DNA of 63,983 nucleotides, filler included, from Perkinsus olseni (GCA_013115125.1; 3 parts of 3 records of this genome joined end to end with filler, not necessarily neighbours in it), one strand, 5' to 3'; positions 35,949 to 49,013 are shown, counted from the whole stretch's first letter. Notes: generated by a model from the sequence alone, not told the origin. Numbers and translations: made by a program.

Positions 35949-38900
35949 TACAGGGGGGGGACCTGCCTGACGGGGTTGCTGGTTTTTTCGTTGAAGGAAT
36001 TTTCCTCGTACTGGGAGAGTGGACTGGAGTTTCATAAAATTGCTCTTTGACTTGGGGGCTGGTATGTGCGCTCACTACGGTTTTCCGCGAAAGAAATCTC
36101 ATAGACGCTGAGGACGGGAGGGGTATTGAGCAAACCTCAATCCCGCGGCCGGAAAACAGGGGCCTGAGTTTGGCTATACAGACCAGAGGTTGAGCGTGGT
36201 TGCGTCAGTCAGCAGGGATGTGGTCACTCTGTGCTTTGCAGGAGGCCTCGTTCGCTCATGTGAAACTCGATTGCTCTTTCCCGTTCAGATACCATCGAGG
36301 CTGCTGTTGATTTTTTGTACCTTCCATTGCCAGGGGCTTGGCTGGATGCGGGGGATGTGACGATACGGGCTTGTAATATGGCGATATTTCCTGCGAGAAT
36401 AGTTACTAGAGTGGGGAAGGTGTTGTGTTGGTAAGGCGGAGGTATCAGGTTCGATGCTGACAGGTTTTACTACGGCAGTTTCCCTAAGAGACGAGTTTCT
36501 GGCTTCGATCGGTTGTGAGCGTGAAAACTAACCTCTCGGTGAGACTCTCGGAAAATAATAAATCACAAATCGGCAACTGAAAATTTGTATCGGAGCGTTG
36601 GCCTATCGTCTTAAGGTGAGATGAAGTAATATGGTGGAAAATGAAGATAATTTAGATTGGTCTTAAAGCCACATGCTCGGTAACGTATCTGGACTAAGCT
36701 GAAGAAAGGATTCTAAACTAGCGTGAGTGTTGGGAAAAAAAGTTTATTATGGCCTCCATAATAGTTGCTATTTTTAAGTCATGTTGAATAGTGCGCAGTT
36801 CGTTTGAGCAGTATGAGATCTCATTAAAGTGGTATCTATCCTCTGTCAGTTTCATTATCGTTAGGCATGACTATGGCAGGTACGGTAGTGAGGCTAAGCG
36901 GGACTGACCGGTAGTAGGGGAGGTAGAGTTCGAGTAGCGCTCTCGAGCCCTTAACAGTGATGCTCTTGACTTCCTAACAGAACTCTAGGGCATTTTTCCT
37001 ATTCCTCTGATATCATCAGTCACTATGCCACGTAGATCACATTCGGGTACGTGCCACATGTTGTATCCCATCTGCCAAATATGCGATTAGAGGAAAACTG
37101 TAATTTTACGTGAATTTTACGGCATACGAGCGAAGCTGTGATATTTCAATTGAGTTGGGTATCGTTGTCTTTCACTCTGCGTTCAGAGGAGGGAGGGTTT
37201 ATAAGAGTCTCGCCTTGGCAGTGGACGCGCCGTTCAGCATGTGGGCTGAGTTGATGCAACCAAACGGTCTCTGGAAGTGGCATCAAATCATTATTGGTAA
37301 TGAAGGGGTTGAAGGGAGTGCGTACAGTAATTCTATGTGCTTGTTTGATAAGAATATGTCTGTTTTTTCGTATCTACTCCATGTGATAGATCATCGTATC
37401 GCTCGTATCCGTCTTGAGCCTTGAGGTTGCTGGGGTCCTGTGCCCAAGATGGCTTGAGTAAGATGCGATGGTTGAGTAAGATAGTTTGAGCTGGATTGTA
37501 TGTCTCAACGTTTCAATAGAAATCCAGAGGTTGAGCAACAAAATGTTATTTGCATGTTAAGCTAGCATATACCGGTATACGTTCGAAGAATTTCGCTGGA
37601 GGGCTTCCTTATTGTGAGGCAGATGAGTTGAGGTTAACGAGGATGGTTGCATAAGTTGTAGTATTAATACTGGTGAGGCTTTATCAGCTCAATTATTCTG
37701 TAAGCTCGATTGCAAGGGGGATACATTGAGGCTTTGCCGAGAAAATGTGGTATGGGAGCTACGTGCATGATCAGTTTTGAAAAGTCGTGAGACTTCGTTC
37801 TTTAGACGAGGGTGGGGTCGTGATTCTGAGGAGTCCGAAACAGGAGAATCTTGTGAAACTGCGGATAATCGAGGTGAGCAGGGAGTATCTTGGAACTGCA
37901 GTAAGGGAGTAGCCACGATGATACCAGAAAGTTAGCGTGTTTGAAAGATCGCGATGCGTGTTTTTGAGCAGTTTTTAGGTGGTGTCGAAATGGAGCTTAC
38001 CAGTTTCATGGCGGCAATGGCTGGTGGAAGTAGGTAGACCGCATATGGTGCAGTTCACGGTTGAGAAGGAGGAGGTAGAGACTTTTGGGTTCGTTGTTCT
38101 GTGGTTGACACGGGTTGACCTAGGATATCTTGGAGGCGAGGGGGACGAATGGCTTGTAAAATTATGATTTGTAATGGATCAAGCCCGGGTCTGTGTCTCT
38201 AGTACGTTTTTCATTTACTAATGTATGTTATAATTTATGCTACATTCACATTCTCAACCGCTCACTGAGGAGTCAGCGCGATGTAGGCCACCACCACCTC
38301 CAACCGAAGGAAAGGCGAGATCCCTGATGATGCTACTGGTCGATGTTTGCTCATATCTTGCAGTACTATTCAAGAGCTGGATGTAGGATCCTCTAGAGGA
38401 GCTAGTGCTGGTATACCGATTCGGCAGGTACTGATTTTGGCAGCGGAGCGACGCGTGGCTGGGAGAAAGAAAATTGAGGTAGTGTGATAGGGATGGTTAC
38501 CGAATTTTTCCGGAATGAGCTGCGCGGCTTCTGCAGGGGACTCGTAGAGGCGGTTCACGGACGCAGTTGGTGAATGTGTCTAAGACTGATTGATTTTCTC
38601 GCGATGTTGTATACCCGAGGACCTCAGACTGAGGTTGAATAATGCTCTTCTCGGAAGCTTGTCGTCTTGTCCGGTCGCGTGGACCGTAGTTATTGCGGTA
38701 TCATCCATAATTCATCCAAGATCATATCAGTCTTGTAATAATAGATTAGAAGCATCGGTAATTTTGATAAGTGCCGTGTACTCGTCGGCACTGTAAAGCG
38801 GGCCTTGCCTTGTCAGAGAATCATGGTCAACCAGCCAGTGCTGGTACTGGATCATCGTCGGGGTCAGTGGGAGAAGCGTCTCGTCCAAGTTGGAGTTGGG

Positions 38901-39782
38901 CTGCTCTCCGTGTATGATTATCGGAATGATGGTGTAATAGAGCGGAGCGAAGCAGGTTTTGTTTGGCATTTTTGTGCGTGACAGACTTCGAGCGAGGGAG
39001 AATTGGTGAAGAGGATGCCTTTGACGATGAACTTGAGTATAAGAAGTTTGAGTGACTTGGGCAACTGTAAGGCGATTGGGAATCTTGAGGTCGACTCGCG
39101 TTGCTTGTACGTGATTCCTGAGGTGATCGCTCAAAAAAAATTTCTGTAATTTACCGGATTCACTGACGGTGATGAGAAAAAATTTGATGAGCTTGATCAT
39201 CTTTTCATCTGTATGGCGTGAAGTGGCTTTCTCCGCGCAGAGGCAAGGCTGCTATGTGCTTTCCATATCAAGCGTCGAGACGCCATAGACAGCGGGCGTT
39301 GGTCTCTTGAGAGGGACAGAGCGTCAGTGACTCAGCGCTGCTGTGCCTCGACCCACTGCTAGGGGCCCACCGAACACGGCGGCCTTTAACGGCTGGTGCG
39401 ACTTCTTTGGATGCCCAGGAACTGCGCGAAGCAGGTACTCCCTTCACGAGAGGCCTGCTAGGTGGGCTTCCGGGTAATGGCGGGGATGTATGGGAGGTTG
39501 GACTGGAGCTCTGCTCGATTGATGATGACAACCGAGTGGACCATACTGTAGGGCGAAATGTGGTATTGTCTATTCAATAAGTGGTGAATGCCTTGTCGAA
39601 TATTGAGGGAAGGAGTTTGGTATCTTAGGTTGACTCTGAGCTAAGACGGGGAACTGGTTGCGAGGAAATGATTTTGGCTTTGCTAGCCGTGCTGGACGTG
39701 AGCCATCGGAAATTTTCACCTTGAGGAAAACTCACCGAAAAAAACCAAAAAAAATTTTCGTGGATCGACCCAAAAGAGCGAC

Positions 39783-42490
39783 GATGGCTAGGTGCGCGCT
39801 CTGCAATACAGGTCTTACCTGTCCCACGGTGAAAAGCGCTCGCCCAGTTAATCGATTACACCATTAGTGTGTCATTTGAACAGATAGTTTTGATGCCGCG
39901 ATCATGCGAGGAACGGGATACTCTCGTCTCGGCTCTCCGACTGGCGATGACGACGGAACCGCCACCCTTCGACGGCCCGTCCGTGCCGGAGACTGATGGC
40001 CGGTATTGGTTTTGGGAGACTTCTTGCTGAGTTTTTACTGTGATCGTAGGGGTTGTAGAGGGGGCTTGAGTGGGAAGGTGCAGCGACTGAGCAAGGAGGT
40101 GGAGGAGCTGCGGGCTGAGCTAAGGTTGGCACGAAAACTGGCGAGCACAGGGAGCGTCGATCGGGCATCGAGAGCGCTGGTATCAAGCTCACTGATGCCG
40201 GCCGTGGAGGAGGATGAGGAGGATACCTTGCTGAAGGTGAATTTACGCGCGCATCACGCCGCAGACCCGAGACTCGCCCGACCACGCCGCAGGCATGGTG
40301 ACACGGTCAACGGTTCTCTCGTAGGTGGTGTCTTCGGTAAAGGAGCGAGCGAAGGAGCGGTTGATGTGGGCGAGAGTATCTTAGGTTGGTCATGGCACCT
40401 GGTGTCTTTTCGAAACACGATCATTTCGTGTTGTGTTTTTTGGGCGGCGATGGAAGATTTCCTGCGCGCTGTAGCGGAGTTTATTTTCAGTTTCTCGTCA
40501 TGCAGTCGGCTCTTCAAGGTGGAATGCAGGTGACGTCGACGGGGACGTATCTTTTGTCTCGAGTTGGAACGCATCTTTTTTCACTTGAAGGGTATCTTTC
40601 GATTCCCTTCGACAGCGTCTTACCGCGATTGAACAGAGTAACCTTTCCGATGTGTCTCAGCCTTCGGGCTTCCGGATGATTCGGCCGTAGGCTTTTTTCT
40701 TCTCAACGTACGGTTACTCTGTTTCTTATTCTGGCAGTCAGTCAGTCCGAACCTCAGACTGACTAACCCCACCAATGAGGACCTTCAGACCCTGAACGTC
40801 GTGAGGTTGTCTGCTCTCTCGAGGAGAGCTTTAGTGTGGACTGATGGCGCCTTACGCAGCAACTTCCACGTGTTTTCCCATTTTAAGAATTTCCATCGGC
40901 TCCATTAAAAAAGGTTCATGAATGACTCGTTTGTCTCAACTTGGCCGAATGGTTGTTGTTTTTCCTTCATTTTTGTCAGGCTATACAGGAGGGGGCATCC
41001 AGAGTGGTTGATTCCATCAAGACCACGCTCAGCCCCGGCCAAGAGTTCGCTGCCCTTCGTGATGATGAAGACCAACTTGAAGGTAGGGAATAGACCAAGC
41101 ACGGTTGATATTTTCTTACGCTTGTCCGATTTTAGTCGCTGGTGAGATTTCCGCCTTGTTCCGAATCGGGTGGGCGTGTTGATGCCTGCTGAGTTTCGTT
41201 GAATGGAAATTCCGAGCGGAGTTCCCGTGGAAATTGCGATCGTGAATAGTCATCATTATTACCATTACTCTTCTATCGTCTTGATTTCAGATAACCCGAC
41301 GTACCTGAGAAGGCCTCAGGGGAGTGTAACGTTTGGTCGCGGCCTGACCGTCTCGGAATCCCCACCGGTACGATATGCGCCGAGGAGACACCAGGTAAGC
41401 TAGGAACGTGAGCGAAGTGTTACCGTTGAATGTTTGGGTCGTTGGGGAAGTTATGGTATGGTACCATTTCGACTCGGTTGTCTTGGTTGTTTTCAATCCA
41501 TGCTTTCAGTCCGGGGACCTCGCTGCGAGGTTGCAGAAGACCACAGATGTTACCTCGATACGGTTTGCCTCTCCGGTAAGTCTTGCCTCAACAGAAGTCA
41601 TTATCGACGGCAGTTCGCGACTTGCTCACTCACCGAAATTTCGGACCTCTCCGCTCACGCACTGTTCGTTGATGTTGAATAATCAAATTCATTTTTCTTG
41701 TTTGATAGGCGTCTATTCTATTATATGATTTTGTCGATCGGGACCGGATTTTTGTCCGAAAAATACCAATATTTTCTTCTTGTGATTCACTTGAGTGAAT
41801 TGCGCCCTCATCGTCGGAGCTACGGCACGGGTCGTTTCAGAAGTTTGCGCGAAGTTTGTGTCGCATACTGGGAAGCCACTTTTCTCGACTTCTCTACCAG
41901 TTTGAACCTGATCATTCCGAAGTCAGGTATTGTTCAATCGAAGTCGCGCTCTCGAAACTCAACAGAGAAATACTCTGCGCATTTTTATGCACTAAAAATA
42001 GTTCCAACAACCACACTTTCCATTTTTGCGCATCTTCCAGGTCATGCCATCGGCAACGTGTGGGCGTCGGAGATCCACCGGCTCCAACGTGATGAAGTCG
42101 CGAACTCGTGGTCGAACGGTCAGCAGCTCGCCAGCGCTCGATGATTTGTTAGCGCGGCCTATCCAGGCTGATCCGCGTGGACCGGCTGTTGACGAAGGGT
42201 TCGATGAGATGCCGGTGGTGGGGATCGAACCTGCGCGGGATTCGGTGCCGGAGATTGAGTTCAGCCCGCATGGAGATTTGGGGGAGCTTGCGGATTTGTC
42301 GGCACTTTACGATGAAGTTGGTGCTCCTGTGAATGCCGTTGAAGAGAAGCAACGAGAGGAAGCAGAGGAAGCCGTGGGGATTGAACCCGAGTCGTTAGTA
42401 GGAGAGCTGACGAAGATACCAACTGAGCAGTTGGTGGCCGTGATTCGCCGCGTAATCGATCTGCGGCCGGACGTAGCAGCATCGCTATGA
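39783..42490 (+). CDS. Hypothetical multi-exon protein(s) with coiled coil and an acidic last exon
   Basis: Exons KVQRLSKEVEELRAELRLARKL, LYRRGHPEWLIPSRPRSAP, and last exon about 42041-42490. The number of genes is uncertain. Confidence 0.45.
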
Positions 42491-43049
42491 TGAAAATATT
42501 TCTCGGAGATCGCAGCCCAAAGGTGTGGTGCTGAACTGCTCTTCCTGGAGAGTACTAATTCTCTGACCATTTTTCTGACACCATTATAGCCACTATGAGC
42601 GTAATCAGAACCGAACGCATAGACATTGCTAAAGTCACTTGAGGCGGAGGAGATAAGAGTTTGTCTTTCATCAATTTTAATGTTTTTCTTAGAATCATGA
42701 GCGGTCTTGTGTTCCACCAGGGCTTGCACTTTCTCCGAGTGTTGATGCTTGTAGTATTTTTCATGCTCACGACAAGCATGCGTGCCTCAAGTTGAGAGAT
42801 AGCTGCCTTATGCCCATCACGAAGGAGGTTGGTTTTTATAATTAAATATATGTGCTTCCTCAACCACCAAACGCGATCGGGAGAGGAACTTCGTCTGCTT
42901 CTCTTGCTTTGATGAGCCTTTTCTTACTGTTTCGGTCACATCATTTCACATGCCCTCTCGTTGAGCGGCAAAGGGGCGAGACTGTGGGAATCATCGTTAT
43001 CGCTATTGCTTGTTCGTGGCTAGTAACTTTGCATGAACACGTCTGTAGG

Positions 43050-44457
43050 ACTACTGGATTCCACCACCCGCGCAGCTTATTAGTGTATATTATTTCCATC
43101 CAGCGAAATGAGCTGTGCATGCGTACGGGCAGTTGACGCCGGTGACGCCATCCCGGCTGGTGCGGATCGCCACGACGCAGTTCCCCCGCCGCCTTTGGAA
43201 AGTGTTCATCAATGGCGACGCAAACACTACGTATTTCTACAGGTAGAACGCAAGATTCCTCCGAGTGCGGTGGATACGCGTGGCTGTGAGGTTGGATGTT
43301 TTTTTACCTATATTTTTGATTGCAACCAATCATCATCATGATCATCATCATCATTTCCTTCTCGACTTTATTGATGCATTTTTTGCTCGGTCGGATTGCG
43401 AGGGGATCACACGAATCGTTTCTTTTCGTTTATATACGAAGTGGCCTGTGTAGAGGTTCATTCGCGAAGTGCCGTTATTTGCGATGTGCAGTGCGAAATG
43501 TGGTATTCGCTGGTATCGCGGGTGGAAACGAGTGGCAGTGGTATCGTTCGCATGGGGGAATGATTTGGTTGTTGATGGGTTTGATCGTGATCTATTGTAG
43601 ACGAAGTGCGTGAATTATGGTATTGGAATAATAAAATCTAATTTCGCTCATCTTCAGCATGGTATATGGGGCCACAACAGCGACTTGCTGGCCGTCCGAG
43701 AGGCTCTCTTGGGACAGTGTGAAACGCGGGCCTCGGACACTACTGGCATACACGTGGACCCGGAGACGCACGAGGAGATCGAGCTCATCACAGTAATCTC
43801 CAACGTGAACACTGGGAAGACTCATGATGGTGTGAAGGAAGGCGGAGAGAATTTATTTCGGTGAGTACCTCCAATCGTACGCGATTATCTGGGTGAAAAA
43901 ATCCGTTACGAGCAAACGTGTGCGTGAATCTTGAAGATTCTTGTGAGCTTGTTAATCATAGGTTGACCTGTATCGGTTCAGGTTGATCGAAGATACCTGC
44001 GAGCCTGGGAGTTTTCTCTCGCTCATCGGCCATTCTCTCGGAGGCCTCTACTGTCGAGCGGCTCTCAAACTCCTCGCCGCACAACCATCACGATGTGAGA
44101 AGCTTGCTCATTTCGCGCGCCTCAAAATTGCGGGTGAACGACCCGAAGGCAGTACTTCTCGTCTCGTTCCTCATCAGCGGTTTTTTCTTGCACTACCAAT
44201 TTTCTGGGAATTTTCGTGCTCGAAGATCTCTCGCCGTTCGTGGGCGATGGGGCAAGTTGATAATCTTCGCCTCGTAGATGTTCGACTGCAAGGAAACACT
44301 TCACGGAGTTGCCGGATGCCGGGATAGAACCCGGGATCCTTTTTTCTCCTCAGATCCGTACAGTGACCCGAGCGAGACCGTTGGCAGCTTGGGCCTGGTT
44401 CCTGTTAATTACATCTCCTTTGCGACGCCGCATCTTGGTCTCCGTGAAATGCCAGCG
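43050..44457 (+). CDS. DUF676-type putative serine esterase/lipase (alpha/beta hydrolase), 3' end unresolved before the gap
   Basis: KHYVFLQ|HGIWGHNSDL across intron 43243-43657; THDGVKEGGENL; SLIGHSLGGLYCR nucleophile elbow; NYISFATPHLG. Confidence 0.85.
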
Positions 44458-44852
44458 TAAGCCTTGGATGCCATCTCTGATTATATTTTTTCAAAACTCT
44501 GGAACTTGATGCTTAGTCATCGTCGTTTCAGCCGTTTCAGTATGTTGTGTCGCAGCTAACGTTTTGTAATCATTCCGGAGGGCAAATTCCCTTGTTCTGG
44601 GAGATAATAATGTCTTTAGTGATTCATATTCTTATATTTGCGATTGCGCTTTGCAACTTGCGAGCAATGAATAGAAAGCGGAGACTCCATAGTTCTCCCT
44701 GTGACAGAGAAGTAAAATAGTGAAGCATAGCAGAGCCTTTCAAAGAAGGGTCTTGCGGTTTCGATACGTACCATCGTGGGGAGGACTCTCCTGACGTGTG
44801 CGCACCAATGTCCGTGTCTCAGTGGTCGTAGTTCTCTGTTTTTCTCGCTGGA

Positions 44853-44853
44853 G

Positions 44854-44924
<71 letters not shown>
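44853..44924. repeat. (GTT)n microsatellite at contig end
   Basis: About 24 GTT units running into the gap. Confidence 0.95.
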
Positions 44925-45024
44925 NNNNNNNNNNNNNNNNNNNNNNNNNNNNNNNNNNNNNNNNNNNNTTAATTAATTAANNNNNNNNNNNNNNNNNNNN
45001 NNNNNNNNNNNNNNNNNNNNNNNN
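44925..45024. other. Assembly gap with TTAATTAATTAA linker
   Basis: N-run, linker, N-run. Confidence 0.95.
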
Positions 45025-45391
45025 CAAGATACTGGGAAACACCATCCTCAGCACCAGAGCCAGTAGTGACAATCAAATCACCCTGCTTGATGGTATCGGG
45101 CCTCAACGAACCGGCAGTTCCGAGGCGCATGATGACCTTAGCACCGCACTTGATGAGCTCCTCGAAGCAGATAGCACAGCCGGGGCCACCAACACCGTGG
45201 GAGGCGACGGAGAACTTAGCACCTTCGAACTCGACATTGTAGGTGCGGTACTCCCTGTTGTAGGCAAGCTCCTCATAAGAGTCACAGTACTTGGTGGCAA
45301 TCAACTCAGCACGGCCGGGGTCACCAACCACGCAGACAACAGAGTTGATGGAACCTTCCTTGATCTTGAGATGAGGGGCTTCGTAGACCAT
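45025..45391 (-). CDS. PNP: Purine nucleoside phosphorylase / uridine phosphorylase (hexameric PNP_UDP_1 family), truncated by the gap
   Basis: VVGDPGRA, NREYRTY, SHGVGGPGCAICFEEL, MRLGTAGSL, EDGVS. Confidence 0.9.
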
Positions 45392-46158
45392 TGTCGTAAA
45401 CAGGAAGTTTTAGAAACAGTAAAGAACTGAAAAACCGAAATATACATCAGATTACCCACTTGAGCCACACTCAAACGACTTCGGCGGAGAGCTCACCGTG
45501 ATGACGCTTCGCTATTACGGCGCTAGCAGCTAAGCCTTAGCTCGGAGGCCACACAAGCCTGTCTCGCCCACTGCGCACCTTGAACATCCGCTGGTGGTTA
45601 TCTCAGGCCTAGCGGTCGTTGGGTCTCTTAGGCAATGGCGTAAATATCAAATAGTGAAGCACGATCCTTCATTAGATAGATCAATACGTCAGAGCTCGAT
45701 GTAGCTCAACTCGCCCGCCTTCCTGTGAAACCGTTTTGGAGGGAACTATGGGTCCGGCAAGCGACAAGTCAATCCGAACTCTCGAGTCCATATCCGATAA
45801 GACACAGTAAAGAACCCAAGGGGCTGACAAATGGTGGAAAGTTGCCACCACGTGCATTCGAGCGGCGGCGATGTCAACCCTCGGCTTCAGTCAAATCCAA
45901 TTCAAGCCCATATGTGGCCCCTTACGTTGTAGAGACTCATCAGTCGCGATTGAGGCCAATTCGTTGGTATAGAACGTGAAGGAGGGAAATCATTCAGAAG
46001 CATCATGTAAATCCCCCAAAGTCAGCTGCTGAGAGTTTCGTGGCGCGCGGTCATCAAAAGGTCGTTGCTGAGACACGGCCGAGCATCGGCCACGAATGCT
46101 ATTTCGGTTGTCATCCGGGTCCTGCAGATACCTTCTTTTTCTTGTTTCTAACTTCTGA

Positions 46159-48005
46159 ATGGATTTCGGAGCATGGCTTGGCAATGTTATAGGGAGCTCC
46201 AGATACGCCGCTGAGGCCCAGGCGAGAGCGGAGGCCGATGCGGAACGAAGATACCGGCGGGCCCAGGAATCTCGCCGACAGCAGGATGCGGCGGCCGCTT
46301 CTAATTTTGCTTTTCCGTAGCATAGGGTGGGTATCGCTCCTTTTCCCTACCACACTTTGCCCTACGTCGTAGAGGCTGCGCGAGTGTAACCACACGAGCA
46401 GCGGCAGAATTACACAATTGACCGCACAGGCGCTTACTAGCGTCGGGAGTGGGTGCAAGAATTTCAGCCCTCCGCAGCCGATAGCATCCGACTTTGTCTG
46501 AACTATCGGTGATGAAACTACGTCTCGGGGCGTCTCATCGCGAATTGTATGTACATACTCGAAGCTACTTCTACATAGTAGCATCGTTGGTCGGTCTTTA
46601 TACGGATATTCCTGCGCTTTCGGATCAGATTCGATCCATTCGGTGCCTTCGACCTGGGTGATCCGTTTGGTATGGATCAGCCCCAGCGGCCCCGAAGGGA
46701 GTCCCACGCCCCTCCGCCGGCTAGTTCTACTGCAATACAGGGTCTCCCACAGGTAGCGTGAATCTAAGGGGACTACATGCAGCACTGGAAATGGTAATTA
46801 GGTTGTTATCACTCCCGAAGATATCAGCGAGGATGCTGCAAATAATCAAGAGTGCAGCATTTGCCTTGAGAAGCAGCATGTCGGCAATAAGGCAACCAAG
46901 CTACCTTGTGGGCATATCTTTTGCACGGGTACTATTAAATGCTTGTTTGCATTACTCGGACATCTCTGGGGTCGTCGGAGGTCCCTAACCGTGCTCTGTC
47001 GCATTCCAAGTGTTATGCCTGTCAGGGTGTATCGTCCCATGGTTGCGTAAGAACTGTACTTGCCCGGTTTGCCGCTACGAGCTCCCTACGAATGATGCGC
47101 GGTTCGAGGCGGGGCGCAAGGATCGGATGAAACTGCGGAAGATGAGGTAGTATCTCGTGGGAAGTCGGTTGGAATACGGGAGCCGTCTTGAACTGCTTCA
47201 GCGTCGAGGAGAGAGAACTCTGCGTGCGGCGATGGTGTAGCATCGCGCACCCGTCATTCAGGTTCCGCAAGCGTGATTTGCAGAACATGTCGGTACGCGG
47301 CCTACGACAACTGATGGACGAGCTTGGAGTCTCAGCCGAGGGTTGCCTCGAGAAGTCCGAGCTGTTGGACGGACTGGAAGACTCGTCGCGTGTGGAGCTC
47401 ATTCCTGAATGTGAGGAGATATGAGTGTCCTTCAAAAGCGTCAGTTGCCGTGGCACATTCAGGCTCATCGATCTCCGCTCACCCTCATGTATACACGAAG
47501 TCGCAGTTGATGTCAATGACGGTGCCCGAGATCAAAGACCTCATGGCTCGGTGCAACTTAGCTTTACCTGAAGAAGCTGTAAAGAAAGGACAGCTTCTCC
47601 GGATGCTAGTCAGTGTAAGTGAACCTTCATGCACTGATCGACTTCTCTGGTGACTTCTGCTTTTTCAGAGCGGTCGAGTTATTGTGAGCGCGGATGATTC
47701 GACAGACGATGCCGGCGTGCCCGATTCCGACAGCAACCAGGCCGGTGACTCTGGGAAGGATACGCTAGAGTCTCTACGCTCTATGCGTGTCAAGGACTTG
47801 AAGAATCTCATAGCTGCCAAGGGGGTACTATACACTGGGGGATTCGCAGGCGCTTGCTGATCATTCATTCGGATCCTTCTTATTTGAGCTGTGGTCATTG
47901 TCTAACTTCTGTTATGGTTCTCGTTGGCAGGGATCGTCGAGTGACTGTGTCGAGAAGGCTGACTTAGTCCAGAGATTGATTTCCTTGGGTGCTTTGCGGC
48001 CATGA
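46159..48005 (+). CDS. RING-finger E3 ligase with three SAP/LEM-like helix-extension-helix repeats
   Basis: CSICLE..KLPCGHIFC..CIVPWLRKNCTCPVCRYELPT; repeats LQNMSVRGLRQLM..CLEKSELL, LMSMTVPEIKDLM..KKGQLL, LRSMRVKDLKNLI..CVEKADLV. Start is approximate. Confidence 0.8.
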
Positions 48006-48129
48006 TGAATTGATCCATAGCGTCGCCGAGTAGTGTTTTGCGGCTTATCGGGCAAAAACGAAGAACACTCATGTGTATAGACAGCTGCTATTGAAGAAAT
48101 CATTTAACAATTCACCACTAGCATTTCAA

Positions 48130-48880
48130 TTATCGACGCTTTGTTACCATTTACACGGCGGGGTACTTGTGTTGGTGCGTCCCACTGTCACACAACACTT
48201 GAAACAAACCAAATGTTACAACCATTCTGTATATCCAATGTCCGCCGCATGGAGCTTTTGCCGGCGACAAGGTCACTCCAGAGTATCTCGAATCAACCAT
48301 ATCATGATGCCAGACCTTCATGCGGTGCGTTTATGCTTACCCATGTCGGCATATCATCAAGTTCCTTCGAGCTGGGGTGATATGTATCGCTACTGCCGGG
48401 CAGAAACTTCTTCACGTTACTGTCAAGCACGAGCCCTTCGACAGTCTCTCGGCATACGGGACACCGCTTCGCAGACGGGGGCAGTCCATCAGTGGCGCTG
48501 AATAGAACCTGGAACAAGCTGTGGGCCTCGGAAGCAAGCAGCGTCGCTCACCGATAAGTCCATACGGCCAAAAGTAATTCCTGTAGGGGGCATCATACCC
48601 TTCTGCATTGCGTAGTGTTCTTCGGCGAACGGCAGCCATGTCCATACGCATTGAAAGCCTGCCGGCAATAGACAGGTAGTAGCCTACTAGGAGGATGCCC
48701 TTCGGTTACATGTGGTGTGCAGGCATGGCCTCATTATCGTGGTCGCCTCTCTCTCCACACAGATCCCACATTTGTTGTGGTGAGCCTTGTTTGTGTTACC
48801 TGTCATGGGTGTGGAATACAATGCTGTGCCCAAGAGATGAGTTCAGAAGCCTCAGTGGTTGCAGCTCTCCATTCCATGAA
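48130..48880 (-). CDS. C3HC4 RING-finger protein, multi-exon
   Basis: Spliced CGICVERGATTIMRPCLHTTCFQCVWTW...KRCPVCRETV. Both ends are approximate. Confidence 0.7.
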
Positions 48881-49013
48881 ATAAACGCACCCGATATGTG
48901 ACGTCGTGACGCGTTACATTGAGCAGCGTCTCTGTCCCCCTGTGCAGGATTGACCAATAATACCATTATTAACTGCTCCGCTGATTAGACCAGCGCCCAA
49001 TGGCTGCCTATCA

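Noticed and set aside
36100-39600. Short ORFs and possible gene remnants
   Set aside because: Could not assemble a supported gene model.
2276-44339. The T-arm units as functional or split/trans-spliced tRNA genes
   Set aside because: No matching 5' halves or A-boxes were seen, T-stems are mostly mismatched, and orientation is mixed.
22531-44924. (CAA)n and (GTT)n at the two ends of the middle contig as terminal inverted repeats
   Set aside because: Assemblies commonly break at microsatellites; no other element features.
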